A stretch of DNA of 64,000 bases from Thermoflexales bacterium. GTDB taxonomy: Bacteria; Chloroflexota; Anaerolineae; Fen-1058. The notes under the pieces are model-generated. The model ran no database searches and was not told where the DNA came from. It saw only the letters and a program-made list of their open reading frames with translations. Both the position numbers and the translations under genes were made by a program. Location: assembly GCA_041738395.1 (NCBI GenBank), contig JBGSPW010000025.1, positions 4,100-68,099 of the forward strand, read 5' to 3'. This document shows positions 35,346 to 44,738 of this stretch, piece by piece (positions within the stretch are counted from its first letter, which is position 1; each line of letters opens with the position of its first letter).

Positions 35346-35463
35346 GGTAGATACAGGGTGAGGCACGTGGTGAGCAGCAGAGGAACAACCGCGCTGCTCA
35401 AGGTAGATGCAGACTCAATACTCATCAAAGAGGATGAGCAATGAGAACGAAAGAATGAAGGGG
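35346..35463 (-). repeat. structured intergenic element, copy A
   Basis: GGTAGATACAGGGTGAGGCACGTGGTGA box + hairpin GAGCAGC/GCTGCTC + GGTAGATGCAG box + hairpin CTCATC/GATGAG. Homologous to 47111.., 49021.. and 57899... Confidence 0.8.
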
Positions 35464-35546
35464 ATAAGAGCAGCTGGCGAAGAAGATAACTCCTTCGCCA
35501 GAGAAACAACATTCAGCAACCGTCACGCTCGGGCCACCGGTCGGAT

Positions 35547-36719
35547 TCAGATGGACAGAGGCATCTGAGTCACGCTCGGCGCCAGAACCTTGCACCGGTT
35601 CAGGATGGTTTCGGCAATACCGCGAAACTCGCTGTGCCGGATCACGGTGGCTTTGAGATGATACGTCGCGCCAATCTCCAGTTGCGGATCGGCCGACGCA
35701 AACCACGCGGCCCGATTGCCACTTGCCGGATCGACGAACTTATACAGCACCGTGACGCCCTCCGGTTTCGGGATCTCGGTGCGATTAAGCACCAGCAGCG
35801 TCACGGTCAAGCGCTCGCTGACCTGGCCGAAATGGCGGCTCGGTCGATCGGTCAACTGCCGTTCGACTGCGCGTTGCGCCGCTGACTGATGCGCCTGCAA
35901 CAACGACGCAGCCAGACCGGTCTCGCCATAGGTGATCGTGTCTTGTTGCGCGATCTCGTGCAGGCGTCGCTCGTAATCACTGAGATCACGTTCTTCCTGC
36001 GCAAGTTGTCGCGCCCACGCGATGGCCGCTTGAGCCGTTTCCCTGGAAACTACATCGGGCGTCACATCGTGTACCGCGAACAGCGCATCGAGCGCCAGTT
36101 CGGAGGTGGGCGGCTTGCCGGTCGTCTCCGCTTGTTTGCGGCTGACCCAGCCGTGCAGCGCGATCACGCGGGCAACTTGCGCCAGATACTTATCGAGCCG
36201 GTACGCATAGCGATCGGCGCTGAAGACATCGATCTCATAGCCCTGGGCCTGCCGCGTCGCAGCATCCGCGGCGATCAGGCGGTCGGCATACTGCACGGTC
36301 GCCGGGCCAGTCGCGCCCAGCACCGCCGCGACACAGCCTCGACCGATTTGGAGACAGGCGCCTGTGAGCAAGTTGCGCAGCACCAGCAGATCGCTGGCGT
36401 GAGCGGCGCAATGTCCGCAGGCGGGTGGCGCATGTAGAAACCGTTCCGGCACGCCGCAATCGGGAACCGCGTTGACCTGCACCTGACCGCGCGCCTCGAA
36501 CTGCAGCGCAGCGATCACCGCCCAACCATTCACCTCCGGGCGATCGCCTTTCAGTTCGACGGTCACCTGATCAGTGATGACGCCCTGAGCACTCTCACTG
36601 GTGGTGCGTTTCACGGCCAGCAACGAGAACAGGCGATTCACCGCAACGGCTTGCTGGATCAGAGCGCCGACTTTTGCTTCCAGCGCGGGCAGCGCTGCAT
36701 GGCAGATGATGTATTGCAT
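35547..36719 (-). CDS. hypothetical protein (390 aa)
   Basis: AAGGAGG SD precedes the ATG at 36719. Cys/His cluster CGVPERFLHAPPACGHC. Confidence 0.6.
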   Translation of the reverse strand: MQYIICHAALPALEAKVGALIQQAVAVNRLFSLLAVKRTTSESAQGVITDQVTVELKGDRPEVNGWAVIAALQFEARGQVQVNAVPDCGVPERFLHAPPACGHCAAHASDLLVLRNLLTGACLQIGRGCVAAVLGATGPATVQYADRLIAADAATRQAQGYEIDVFSADRYAYRLDKYLAQVARVIALHGWVSRKQAETTGKPPTSELALDALFAVHDVTPDVVSRETAQAAIAWARQLAQEERDLSDYERRLHEIAQQDTITYGETGLAASLLQAHQSAAQRAVERQLTDRPSRHFGQVSERLTVTLLVLNRTEIPKPEGVTVLYKFVDPASGNRAAWFASADPQLEIGATYHLKATVIRHSEFRGIAETILNRCKVLAPSVTQMPLSI

Positions 36720-36789
36720 AGAAACCTCCTTGGTCCAATCTCCCCTCCAGCGCAACTTTGCACGCCGGAGGGGAGACTGTGGTGTTTCG

Positions 36790-37140
36790 CTATTCCTCTT
36801 CCGCGACGAGATACCAGACCGGCCGAGACTTACCCCGCCGGCGTGGCCGCCAGACTTCGTGTTCGACGCCACGGCGGCGAATGACCCCGTAGAATCGGGA
36901 CTCGGTCAGTCGCAACTGCCGTACCGTACACGTGAACCAACACGTCGTAATCTGGATCGTTTGGGCGGATAGGTGTGAGACGCACGTCTGATGGATCGTC
37001 GGGGTGCTGCCCCGGCGCTCATCAGCAGCGGCTTCTTTCTTGGCATCGCCCCGATCAAGGTAGATGAGCGAACGCCACTGCGGAGATTCGGTCAGAGTCA
37101 CGTAGTAGGCGGGAACGCCCATGAGGACGTTGGCTGCCAT
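36790..37140 (-). CDS. hypothetical protein (116 aa)
   Basis: Starts 1 nt after the stop of the upstream 1215-aa gene. Confidence 0.45.
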   Translation of the reverse strand: MAANVLMGVPAYYVTLTESPQWRSLIYLDRGDAKKEAAADERRGSTPTIHQTCVSHLSAQTIQITTCWFTCTVRQLRLTESRFYGVIRRRGVEHEVWRPRRRGKSRPVWYLVAEEE

Positions 37141-37141
37141 G

Positions 37142-40100
37142 TTACGCCCCGACCGACGCTGGTACGCGCCAGGTGATGTCACGCCCGTAGATCGGCGTCT
37201 TGAACTCGCCGCGCCCGTCGCTCCGGCGGCACGTCAACTGCTTACCCCCGGTGACCTTGACGATCGCCGCCGCGATCCACTGCGGCGTCCGATCGCCGAC
37301 ATCCACTTCGATGATTTCGGGGATGTCAGCCGGCAGACCGGTGGGGCGTTTGATCGGTTTGGCGGGTTGAGCCGTAACCGACTGAATCGGTAACGGTTTC
37401 ACCTCTTCAGGCTCGGCAGGCGTTTCCGTGGAAACACCCACCGGCCCGCCGCCTCGTCGTGTCCTGCTACGCGTGGGCGACGCGCTAAGCGACGGCGGAC
37501 ACGGGCCAACAGACACTGCGGATGCCTCCGAGGTGGGCCATGCGCCGACGATCTCGTCGGGGGTGAAAGTCCGTCCAGTCTTCGCTTCATGTAGCCAAAC
37601 GGACCACCACTCGTTAAAGTCGTTCCAACTGATCGGCGTGCCGCGCACCGTACGCCCGTCATCAAGCCGCACGGCCACATCGCCAACATACTTCACCGGC
37701 CACGTCTTCTTGTTCTTCGCCACTTCTTTGACCAGCGCCGCTGCCAGGTCTCTGGCAACGACGATCGCGGCATTGACCGGATCACCGTATCGCTGCACAT
37801 CAGCGAATTTGGCGAAGTGACTGTGAAAGCCGGTGGTGCTGATGGTCGGCCCGCGGAAGTCATATCCCAGGCTCCCGTGATCAAAGCCGATGCTGTCACT
37901 CCCGTCATACTCGGCCACGACGATCGCGCCATCGAGGTAAAACTCAAACTTATCCCGCTTGTGCCAGACTGCCGGGTAATCCACCCGAGGTTCCGGCGCA
38001 GGCTGCTTTTTCTCGCGCTTGGATTTGGTGGGCTTCGCCAAAGTGGGCGCGACACTTGCCACCGTAGGCGGCGTGACCGGTTCGCTCTCGTCAGCCGCTG
38101 ATGGGGCGGGATACTGCGCCGCCAGATCAGGATAGTCGGCCAGCACCTCAGCCGGCACCGGCTTGGATTCAGCCAGCGCGACCTGCACCAGTGTTTTCCG
38201 CAGGTCGGTGAGCCAGACGATCGCATCGGAAGATATCTTGGCCGATACCGACTCGTTGTCGTTGCTCGCTTGCACATCACGAGCATGGGCCAGGATGAGG
38301 TCCAATAACATCCGGCCCTGTGTACCGTTCGATATCGGACGCTGCGTGGCCATGAACTCCGGGCGCGTCATCTGCCACGGCTCTTTGCCTTGAGCCGCTT
38401 GAGCAGCTGCAGCAAAGTCGCGTTCGATGTGCGTGGTGTCCACGTGCAGCGTCGTGATCGAGAAACGCGGGGCTTGCGCTTCATATTCCGCGATCCAGTG
38501 TTCGAGCGTGTCCTTGACCTGTGCGGTGTCGTAGGGGAAGGTTCCCCGCTCAATCTGCACAGTGGTCCAGCCCAGACCGTTGCTCAACCGATTCATCGAT
38601 CCGCCGGCATCCCAGTTGACGGTGTAGTCTTCCGTCACACTGCGAAACGTCCCAAACCCCATATGCTCAGGGTTAGGGATGTGATGAATCGTCGGCAGCC
38701 CGAGATCTTCGTCGGCGATGAGCACCGGCGCGCCGCGGCTGACGATCTCCAGCAGTTCACGCAGCACGGTCGCGTTCCAGGCCGAGTCACGCGGTTGCAA
38801 CACGAGGCGCGTTTCCACGCTCCAGGCTTGCAGGTGCTCGCGCACTGCAGTCAGCGCCTCGAACAGCGTCGCGCCTTGCACATAGCCCGTGTCATCACCT
38901 TGTGTGATGGGGGTCAGTGGCAGCGGTGCATATTCACCGGCGTCTTGCGCACTCGGCACACGGGTCGCGTAACACACGGTCCACGGCAGTCCATGCTCGC
39001 CTTTCGGCTGCATGATCGTCAGATGATCGTTGCCCCATGCCTCGTAAGCCGTGCTGGTCGAGTGCTGAAGAATCTGAGTCGGATGAGCGGCGTACCACTG
39101 CCGTAGTTGACCCGGCAATTCCGCTCGCGGGCGATTATCGTCAGCGCTCAACCGTGGCCAGGGCGCGATACTTTGCGCTTTCTGTGCGGCGCGCACTTGC
39201 CGCCAACCGGCGGCGGCCTGCGGTGAAGTTTCCTCGATCGCGGCAGCCCAGGCGGTGAAAGCGTCGTCCGTCATATCCAGCGGGTCCGTATTGGCGATGC
39301 CAAAGTTCGGCACACTGAACGTCTCACCACGTTCGGCGGGCGAGACGCTCTGCGCGTCCCACAGCCCCACCAGGTCAGCGGATGAAACAAAGCATTTCCA
39401 CCCGTCGTGACGCCGAGTCACTTCGACGGCGCAACCACTGCCCGGAACTACGCGCACGACATCGGCCTCCACGCGATGATTCAGTTCGCGGTAGACGATG
39501 TGATCGCCCAGCTGCAAGTGTGTGGCGAAGTACGTCACCCAGTTCTCCAAAATGTCGTCCATTTTGAGGGTAACGACCCGCGCCTCGCGCCGCAACCAGA
39601 TGCGCCATTCCTGATCGTGATCGTTCCAGGAGATCGGATACCCGCGCACAACCTGCTCGTCGACTTGCACCGCCACGTCGCCGGCATACTTCACCGGCCA
39701 GGCACGTTGATTGTTTACGCGCTGCTTCTGCCAGGCGGCGACAAGACTGTGCGCTTCGCGTTGCGCCAGAGCATAGAGATCTTCCGCTGGCTCACGCGCC
39801 GCGAAGCGGGTGATATAGCCGGTCGCACTGACGGTCGGACCGTGAAAATTGAAGCACACATCGGGGCCGATCTGCCGCTTCGGATCGTAATCAACCCGCA
39901 CCAGGTCGCCATCCACTTCGATTCCGAAAGTCCGTACCGTTTGCTCTTCTTCGGCTTCATCCAGTTCAGGATCGGGTGTAGAGGGTGTGGCATTCTGCAG
40001 TTTGTAGACTTCATGATCTTCCGGTTTGGTCTCTTTCGGTTTGGCCTGCAACTCGTTCACTAAAGCGCCGTCTTTCGTCACGCCCAACACATACAGGGTC

Positions 40101-40789
40101 GTGGCGATATTGGTCAGCGGCTTAAACGTGTCTGGCGGCAGATCGAATTCATTGATGAGCATGAAGCGCGTCCGCAGAGTCACATTCGCCTTCGGGCGTT
40201 CCTTCTGCATATACCCGCGCGGCAGAATCGCCACAACGCGCGTGTTGCTTTTTGACAGATCGGCAATGCGCGTCATGAAATCCAGCGTCGCATCACTGCT
40301 CCCAAAAACTTTGCCGTACGGTGGATTCACGATCACGGCGTCAAACGCCGGCGGCCGAAAGCCGTCGGTGAAGTCCGCGTAGTGAATACGATCGTCGCCC
40401 CAGATCGCTTGCGCGATCGGAATGACGGCGTTGCTATATTCCACCGGGATCGGGATGCCACCGCGTTGTTCGACCGCCCAGCTCAGGGAGCCAAAGCCGC
40501 AGCCCGGATCGAGTACGACCATACCGGACGTGATATTCAGCGCCTCAGCCGCCCGATCGGCCACCGGCGCCGGCGTCGGAAAGAACCCCGACCACGGTGT
40601 GCCGCGCTTGAAACGTTCCAGATACAGCGCGGTCGCCAATTCCAGCGGCGTGCCGCTGAAGTCGATCTCCGGATGTGACCCGATCTTGATCAGAGTCTGC
40701 ACGGCCAACAGGATATCTTTCTCCGGCGTCCACGCATTCATGCACTTCTTAGCCCAGTAGGCCAGAGAATATTTCTTCGTCTTGGACAT
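37142..40789 (-). CDS. orphan N6-adenine DNA methyltransferase with long C-terminal extension containing an internal ~135-aa duplication
   Basis: Motif I VVLDPGCGFGSL, motif IV AVIVNPPYGKVFG. Repeats at about 39514..39928 and 37538..37951 (..WPVKY(A/V)GDVAV..VRG(Y/T)PISWND..). Confidence 0.75.
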   Translation of the reverse strand: MSKTKKYSLAYWAKKCMNAWTPEKDILLAVQTLIKIGSHPEIDFSGTPLELATALYLERFKRGTPWSGFFPTPAPVADRAAEALNITSGMVVLDPGCGFGSLSWAVEQRGGIPIPVEYSNAVIPIAQAIWGDDRIHYADFTDGFRPPAFDAVIVNPPYGKVFGSSDATLDFMTRIADLSKSNTRVVAILPRGYMQKERPKANVTLRTRFMLINEFDLPPDTFKPLTNIATTLYVLGVTKDGALVNELQAKPKETKPEDHEVYKLQNATPSTPDPELDEAEEEQTVRTFGIEVDGDLVRVDYDPKRQIGPDVCFNFHGPTVSATGYITRFAAREPAEDLYALAQREAHSLVAAWQKQRVNNQRAWPVKYAGDVAVQVDEQVVRGYPISWNDHDQEWRIWLRREARVVTLKMDDILENWVTYFATHLQLGDHIVYRELNHRVEADVVRVVPGSGCAVEVTRRHDGWKCFVSSADLVGLWDAQSVSPAERGETFSVPNFGIANTDPLDMTDDAFTAWAAAIEETSPQAAAGWRQVRAAQKAQSIAPWPRLSADDNRPRAELPGQLRQWYAAHPTQILQHSTSTAYEAWGNDHLTIMQPKGEHGLPWTVCYATRVPSAQDAGEYAPLPLTPITQGDDTGYVQGATLFEALTAVREHLQAWSVETRLVLQPRDSAWNATVLRELLEIVSRGAPVLIADEDLGLPTIHHIPNPEHMGFGTFRSVTEDYTVNWDAGGSMNRLSNGLGWTTVQIERGTFPYDTAQVKDTLEHWIAEYEAQAPRFSITTLHVDTTHIERDFAAAAQAAQGKEPWQMTRPEFMATQRPISNGTQGRMLLDLILAHARDVQASNDNESVSAKISSDAIVWLTDLRKTLVQVALAESKPVPAEVLADYPDLAAQYPAPSAADESEPVTPPTVASVAPTLAKPTKSKREKKQPAPEPRVDYPAVWHKRDKFEFYLDGAIVVAEYDGSDSIGFDHGSLGYDFRGPTISTTGFHSHFAKFADVQRYGDPVNAAIVVARDLAAALVKEVAKNKKTWPVKYVGDVAVRLDDGRTVRGTPISWNDFNEWWSVWLHEAKTGRTFTPDEIVGAWPTSEASAVSVGPCPPSLSASPTRSRTRRGGGPVGVSTETPAEPEEVKPLPIQSVTAQPAKPIKRPTGLPADIPEIIEVDVGDRTPQWIAAAIVKVTGGKQLTCRRSDGRGEFKTPIYGRDITWRVPASVGA

Positions 40790-40807
40790 AGCGCCTCCTT
40801 CAAAACG

Positions 40808-40841
40808 TCACGGGCGCTGATGATGGGATCAGCGCCCGTGA
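40808..40841 (-). terminator. perfect 13-bp hairpin followed by CGTTTTG, immediately upstream of the RBS of the 1215-aa gene
   Basis: TCACGGGCGCTGAT..ATCAGCGCCCGTGA, read directly from the sequence. Confidence 0.55.
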
Positions 40842-40878
40842 CAGACATGGTGTTGAGGTTTGATTGATCGGACCAGCG

Positions 40879-42444
40879 TCACACAATCGCCGCAATCGCA
40901 CCGTGCAACTTCTGGCGTTCTTGCAGCAGATCATCGACGTGGATGATGGGATCGGCGAAGACCTGTGCGGCATAATTCTCGGCGCCCACCGACACCAACG
41001 CGATCTTGACCGGGTCAGTCTGACGCAAGCCAGTGAGGATTTCAAGAAACGCCTCGCTCGGCTTGCCGAATAGCCCATCGGTGATCACAAGGATGTCGGC
41101 TCGCTGCTGATCATCGTTGACCATCTGCACCACTTCACACGCCTGGGTCAGCGGCTCATACAACTCCGTGCCGCCGTTATAGAAGTGCGCCAAGTGCTCG
41201 GCCAGTGACTGCGCGTCGGCCTCACCGGCATACCACACGTCAAACTGATCGCGGCCGCTGAACGGAATGCTGTAGAACGGGCGGTTATCCCGCCGTGCGA
41301 TTTCCAGCAAGGCCCATTCCAGCGCCACGGCCAGCGCATGCGGCGCACCGGCCATCGAGCCGGATTCGTCGCGCACGATGATCAGGGGACCGCGTCCTTG
41401 CTTTTCCTGGCCACCATATTCCCGATGACGGATCGCGCCATCGAGCGCGCGGCGCTGCCAGTCGGCCTCGAGCGTCTCATCACCCGACAACAACGCGGCC
41501 CATTCCGAGCCGACCATGTGTTCAGGTTGTAAGGCGCGCGTTTTGTAGCCGACCAGTTCCGTATGTGAGCGAGGCGAGTTGCGCCAGGCGGCGCGCACCA
41601 GACTCCGCGCCCAGCCGAGCAAGTCGGCCAGGTCTTTCAGATTCGGATTCTGCCGCAGGGTCTGCATCGCCAGGTGGGCTGTTTCCGGGGAAACATGCGC
41701 CGGATCGCCGCCTGCCGCCAGAGAAAACCCGGCCGCAAACGTGCTGGCTTCTTCCGCCTGCTCACGTGCGCTGGCCGCCGCTTTGTTCAGGGCGGACGCG
41801 ACTTGCGCGGCCTGTTGATTCAGGCTGGCTTCAAATCCCGCCTGCGCCTGTGCGGCTTGACCTTGCGCCGTCTGCGCTTCCGCCTGCAAGCCAGCGATCT
41901 GATCTTGCAGATCGGCGGCCTGCTGCACAACGTCATCAGGCAGCTCCGCCTCCGCGTAGCGTTCTCTGAGCGCCTCGAGCAAACCGCTCAGAGATTCAGC
42001 CTCACCCTGGCGTTGTTCCGCCTGGTGTTGGGCCTGTGCCTGAGCGTGCGCCTGCTCTTTCATTTCTTCCGGCAGGGCCGCCAACGTTTCTTCCACGAAG
42101 GCTTGCGATCCGACACCGGCGGCGATTTGATCACCGACCGTCGTCTCGCGCAGGCGCTGCCATTCCGGCGTCGCCATGCCGCGTTGCAACAGATCGGCCA
42201 ACGGTTCGAGACCGCGCTCAAGTGGATCGGACAGACGGGGTGCGGATTTGTAAAGACTCAGGAACGCATCCTGCACGGGATGGCCGCAGAATTCGTCAGC
42301 GGCTTCGTCGTCAACTTTCGTCAGCGTTGGAATCGTCGTGTACGCTGCCGCCCAGTCTTCCAGATCAAAACGATCCGCGTCTAGCGCACTGTGGATCGCT
42401 TGACGCCAGAGCGGTGTGTTGCGGACAGGCTTGCCCGCTGCCAT
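40879..42444 (-). CDS. vWA-domain protein (partner of MoxR-like ATPase)
   Basis: MIDAS-type IIVRDESGSMAG ... LVITDG. Coiled-coil, Q/A-rich N-terminal half. TAATG overlap with the upstream ATPase gene. Confidence 0.75.
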   Translation of the reverse strand: MAAGKPVRNTPLWRQAIHSALDADRFDLEDWAAAYTTIPTLTKVDDEAADEFCGHPVQDAFLSLYKSAPRLSDPLERGLEPLADLLQRGMATPEWQRLRETTVGDQIAAGVGSQAFVEETLAALPEEMKEQAHAQAQAQHQAEQRQGEAESLSGLLEALRERYAEAELPDDVVQQAADLQDQIAGLQAEAQTAQGQAAQAQAGFEASLNQQAAQVASALNKAAASAREQAEEASTFAAGFSLAAGGDPAHVSPETAHLAMQTLRQNPNLKDLADLLGWARSLVRAAWRNSPRSHTELVGYKTRALQPEHMVGSEWAALLSGDETLEADWQRRALDGAIRHREYGGQEKQGRGPLIIVRDESGSMAGAPHALAVALEWALLEIARRDNRPFYSIPFSGRDQFDVWYAGEADAQSLAEHLAHFYNGGTELYEPLTQACEVVQMVNDDQQRADILVITDGLFGKPSEAFLEILTGLRQTDPVKIALVSVGAENYAAQVFADPIIHVDDLLQERQKLHGAIAAIV

Positions 42445-43664
42445 TACGCACCTCCGCTCGACATCAGGTCGAGGATCTGGTTGACAATGGCATTGGCCTC
42501 GTTCGCAACCGCCGTAAGCCGCGCTGCATACGCCCGGGCATCGGGTGACGCCGCGAGTTTCTGCGCCCGCGCGACCAGCTTGCGAGCCTTCCCGGCGATC
42601 TCGGCGCGTTCCTGCAACTTCGCGCCTTGCAGCCCGCCGGCCTTGACTTTGAGATCAGCCAACAGCGCCTCGCAGTCCAGCACATCGCTGGCGGCCGGAT
42701 CGGTCAGCGCGAGCACCGTGTTGCGGATGCTCGTTTCCTCGTCCGGCTCGCTCCACAACGTCCAGCGCGCGACGCCCAGATGACGCGGCGCCGGCGCTTC
42801 ATCGTACAGCAGCGCGTAGGCCATCGCCAGTTTGAGCGTCTTCTTCCAGCGGCGATCGCTGATGCGCCCGACGCCGATCTGCCGCCACAGTTCCACCACT
42901 TTCTCGGTCACTTCGGGCGGCGGATTCAACGCCAGCGCTTCCGCCGCCTGCCCGATCGTGCGCAGGTCAGTGGCCGTCAACACCGGCGTCACCGGATTCG
43001 CTGTGCTCGTGCCAACCGAGGTCAGCAGCGCGCGAAAGTCGTCGGGGTCGTGGACGTAGTCCAGGCTCACCCGCACCAAGAAACGATCGTAGGCGGCGCG
43101 CAGGGCCTTATCGTCCGGCACTTCGTTCGACGCGGCGACCGCCGAGATCAACGGGATCGGCAGATCATCGTCGCCATCCGTCACCAGGCGCTCTTCCAGA
43201 CCATCGAGCAGCATGTTTGCCACTTGCGGCGAGGCCTTCCAGACCTCATCGAGGAAAGCGATCTCCGACGTAGCAAACTTGCTCCACTTGCGCCGCCATT
43301 CACCGTTGCGCACGGCGGCCGGATCGAGCGGGCCGACAATGTCTTCCCGCGTGATGTCCGGATTGAGGACGATGCGGAAAAACTTGCCGCCGATCCCGCT
43401 GGCAAAGCTGCGCAGCAACGACGACTTGGCCGTGCCCGGAGGGCCGTACACAAAGACGTGCTCGTTGGCCGCCAGCGCGACCGCCACGGCCTCGGCCATT
43501 TCGGCGCGGGCCACGAACTGCGCTGCGACCTGATCGCGCAGTCCACGCAGGGCAGCAGTGGTCGCCGACAAGGGCGATCCTGCTACAAGTGCCGCCCAGG
43601 CCAGTGGGCCGGGTATCGTCCTCGGCTCATCCATCACGTCGACTTCAGTCTTCTTCTTAGCCAT
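42444..43664 (-). CDS. MoxR-like AAA+ ATPase
   Basis: Walker A VYGPPGTAKSSL, Walker B IAFLDEVWKASP. GGAGG SD precedes the ATG at 43664. Confidence 0.75.
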   Translation of the reverse strand: MAKKKTEVDVMDEPRTIPGPLAWAALVAGSPLSATTAALRGLRDQVAAQFVARAEMAEAVAVALAANEHVFVYGPPGTAKSSLLRSFASGIGGKFFRIVLNPDITREDIVGPLDPAAVRNGEWRRKWSKFATSEIAFLDEVWKASPQVANMLLDGLEERLVTDGDDDLPIPLISAVAASNEVPDDKALRAAYDRFLVRVSLDYVHDPDDFRALLTSVGTSTANPVTPVLTATDLRTIGQAAEALALNPPPEVTEKVVELWRQIGVGRISDRRWKKTLKLAMAYALLYDEAPAPRHLGVARWTLWSEPDEETSIRNTVLALTDPAASDVLDCEALLADLKVKAGGLQGAKLQERAEIAGKARKLVARAQKLAASPDARAYAARLTAVANEANAIVNQILDLMSSGGA

Positions 43665-43671
43665 AGAGTCC

Positions 43672-43720
43672 TCCAGAAAGCCGGCCCGCTGAGTGAATCT
43701 CAACTGGCCGGCGCATCGTG
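43672..43720 (-). repeat. 48-nt stem-loop repeat, copy 1, immediately upstream of the MoxR RBS
   Basis: Near identical to 44055..44102. Stem GCCGGCC/GGCCGGC followed by TTTCT. Confidence 0.7.
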
Positions 43721-43767
43721 TGAATGTTGATCGAGCGGTTTACGTTTCGAGATGCAGCAACACAAGA

Positions 43768-44046
43768 TCAAGCCGTGAGTGCGTCCACGTCTTCCAGCGT
43801 TTCGTCGGCGTGCAACAATACGATCGTGTTATCTTCCGACGCTGGCTCCAGGATGCGATCACGCACTCGCAAGAGCAGAGTGCCGTCCTCCGTCAGATCG
43901 ATGTTGATGGTCTTGCCGGCCATCCCATTATGATCAAGGACGTTGAGTTGAATGCCATCTTCCGCCGTGATAAGTTCCAGCGCGGCTTCCGCTTTCAGGT
44001 ATGGCACGGCCAACGGAATCGTCATGCCATTGATGGTGAATTGCAT
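43768..44046 (-). CDS. hypothetical protein (92 aa)
   Basis: ORF from MQFTINGM. The upstream extension in the ORF track is encoded by the hairpin repeat. Confidence 0.45.
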   Translation of the reverse strand: MQFTINGMTIPLAVPYLKAEAALELITAEDGIQLNVLDHNGMAGKTINIDLTEDGTLLLRVRDRILEPASEDNTIVLLHADETLEDVDALTA

Positions 44047-44054
44047 CGTGGCCG

Positions 44055-44102
44055 CCAGAAAGCCGGCCTGCTGAGTGAATCTCAACCGGCCGGCGCATGG
44101 TG
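44055..44102 (-). repeat. 48-nt stem-loop repeat, copy 2
   Basis: ccagaaagccggcctgctgagtgaatctcaaccggccggcgcatggtg, versus copy 1. Confidence 0.7.
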
Positions 44103-44245
44103 CTTGATGAAGATGGTCGATTCAATCTCATTTGGACCGCGTCAAGGCATCTACAAAACTCCCACATCACGCCTACATCACGCCCACCTCCGCAGGGGTG
44201 ATTACAAACTGCAACCACCCCCTCTCAGCGAGATCGACTGACTGC

Positions 44246-44683
44246 TTAGTCCACAGCGTAATTGAGCTGGGCAAAAACTTGCTCCAGTTCGATCGCTCGC
44301 TTGCGCAGTTGCCGGAGCGAGGTTACCTTTTCGCGGCGGGTTACGACGCGGCGCCAGCGATCCTGATCGTTCTCTTGCTGCCAGACCACGATCGTGCTTT
44401 CCGGCCAGTGGATTTCGATCTTCACAGGCCCTGAGCCAAGTCGCTCGGCAGATTCCAAGTTCGCCACCCAGTTGACCAGTTGCAACTCGACATGAACTTG
44501 CCGCAACGCCCGCGGCCCAGCCTTCCTCAGATCGACTGGTACCAGGCGATACACACCGGGGATCAAGCCGGTCGCACCGCTTTCCAGCGCTACTTCAGCA
44601 AAGCGTTGCGCGATTTCCGGCGCGGACGATGTGACGTTCCCGCCGACGACCTCACCATTGCTTTTGACAACCACGTATTTCAT
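44246..44683 (-). CDS. hypothetical protein (145 aa)
   Basis: Clean ORF co-oriented with its neighbours. Confidence 0.5.
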   Translation of the reverse strand: MKYVVVKSNGEVVGGNVTSSAPEIAQRFAEVALESGATGLIPGVYRLVPVDLRKAGPRALRQVHVELQLVNWVANLESAERLGSGPVKIEIHWPESTIVVWQQENDQDRWRRVVTRREKVTSLRQLRKRAIELEQVFAQLNYAVD

Positions 44684-44738
44684 GGTTGGCCTCCTGGGCT
44701 GATTTTTTCATCTGTCGCCAAACTAGATCGATAGCATC

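Noticed and set aside
43664-44085. N-terminal extensions MRFTQ(R/Q)AGFL.. of ORFs 42444..43703 and 43768..44085
   Set aside because: Both are translations of the duplicated 48-nt stem-loop. SD-preceded ATGs lie just downstream (43664 and 44046).
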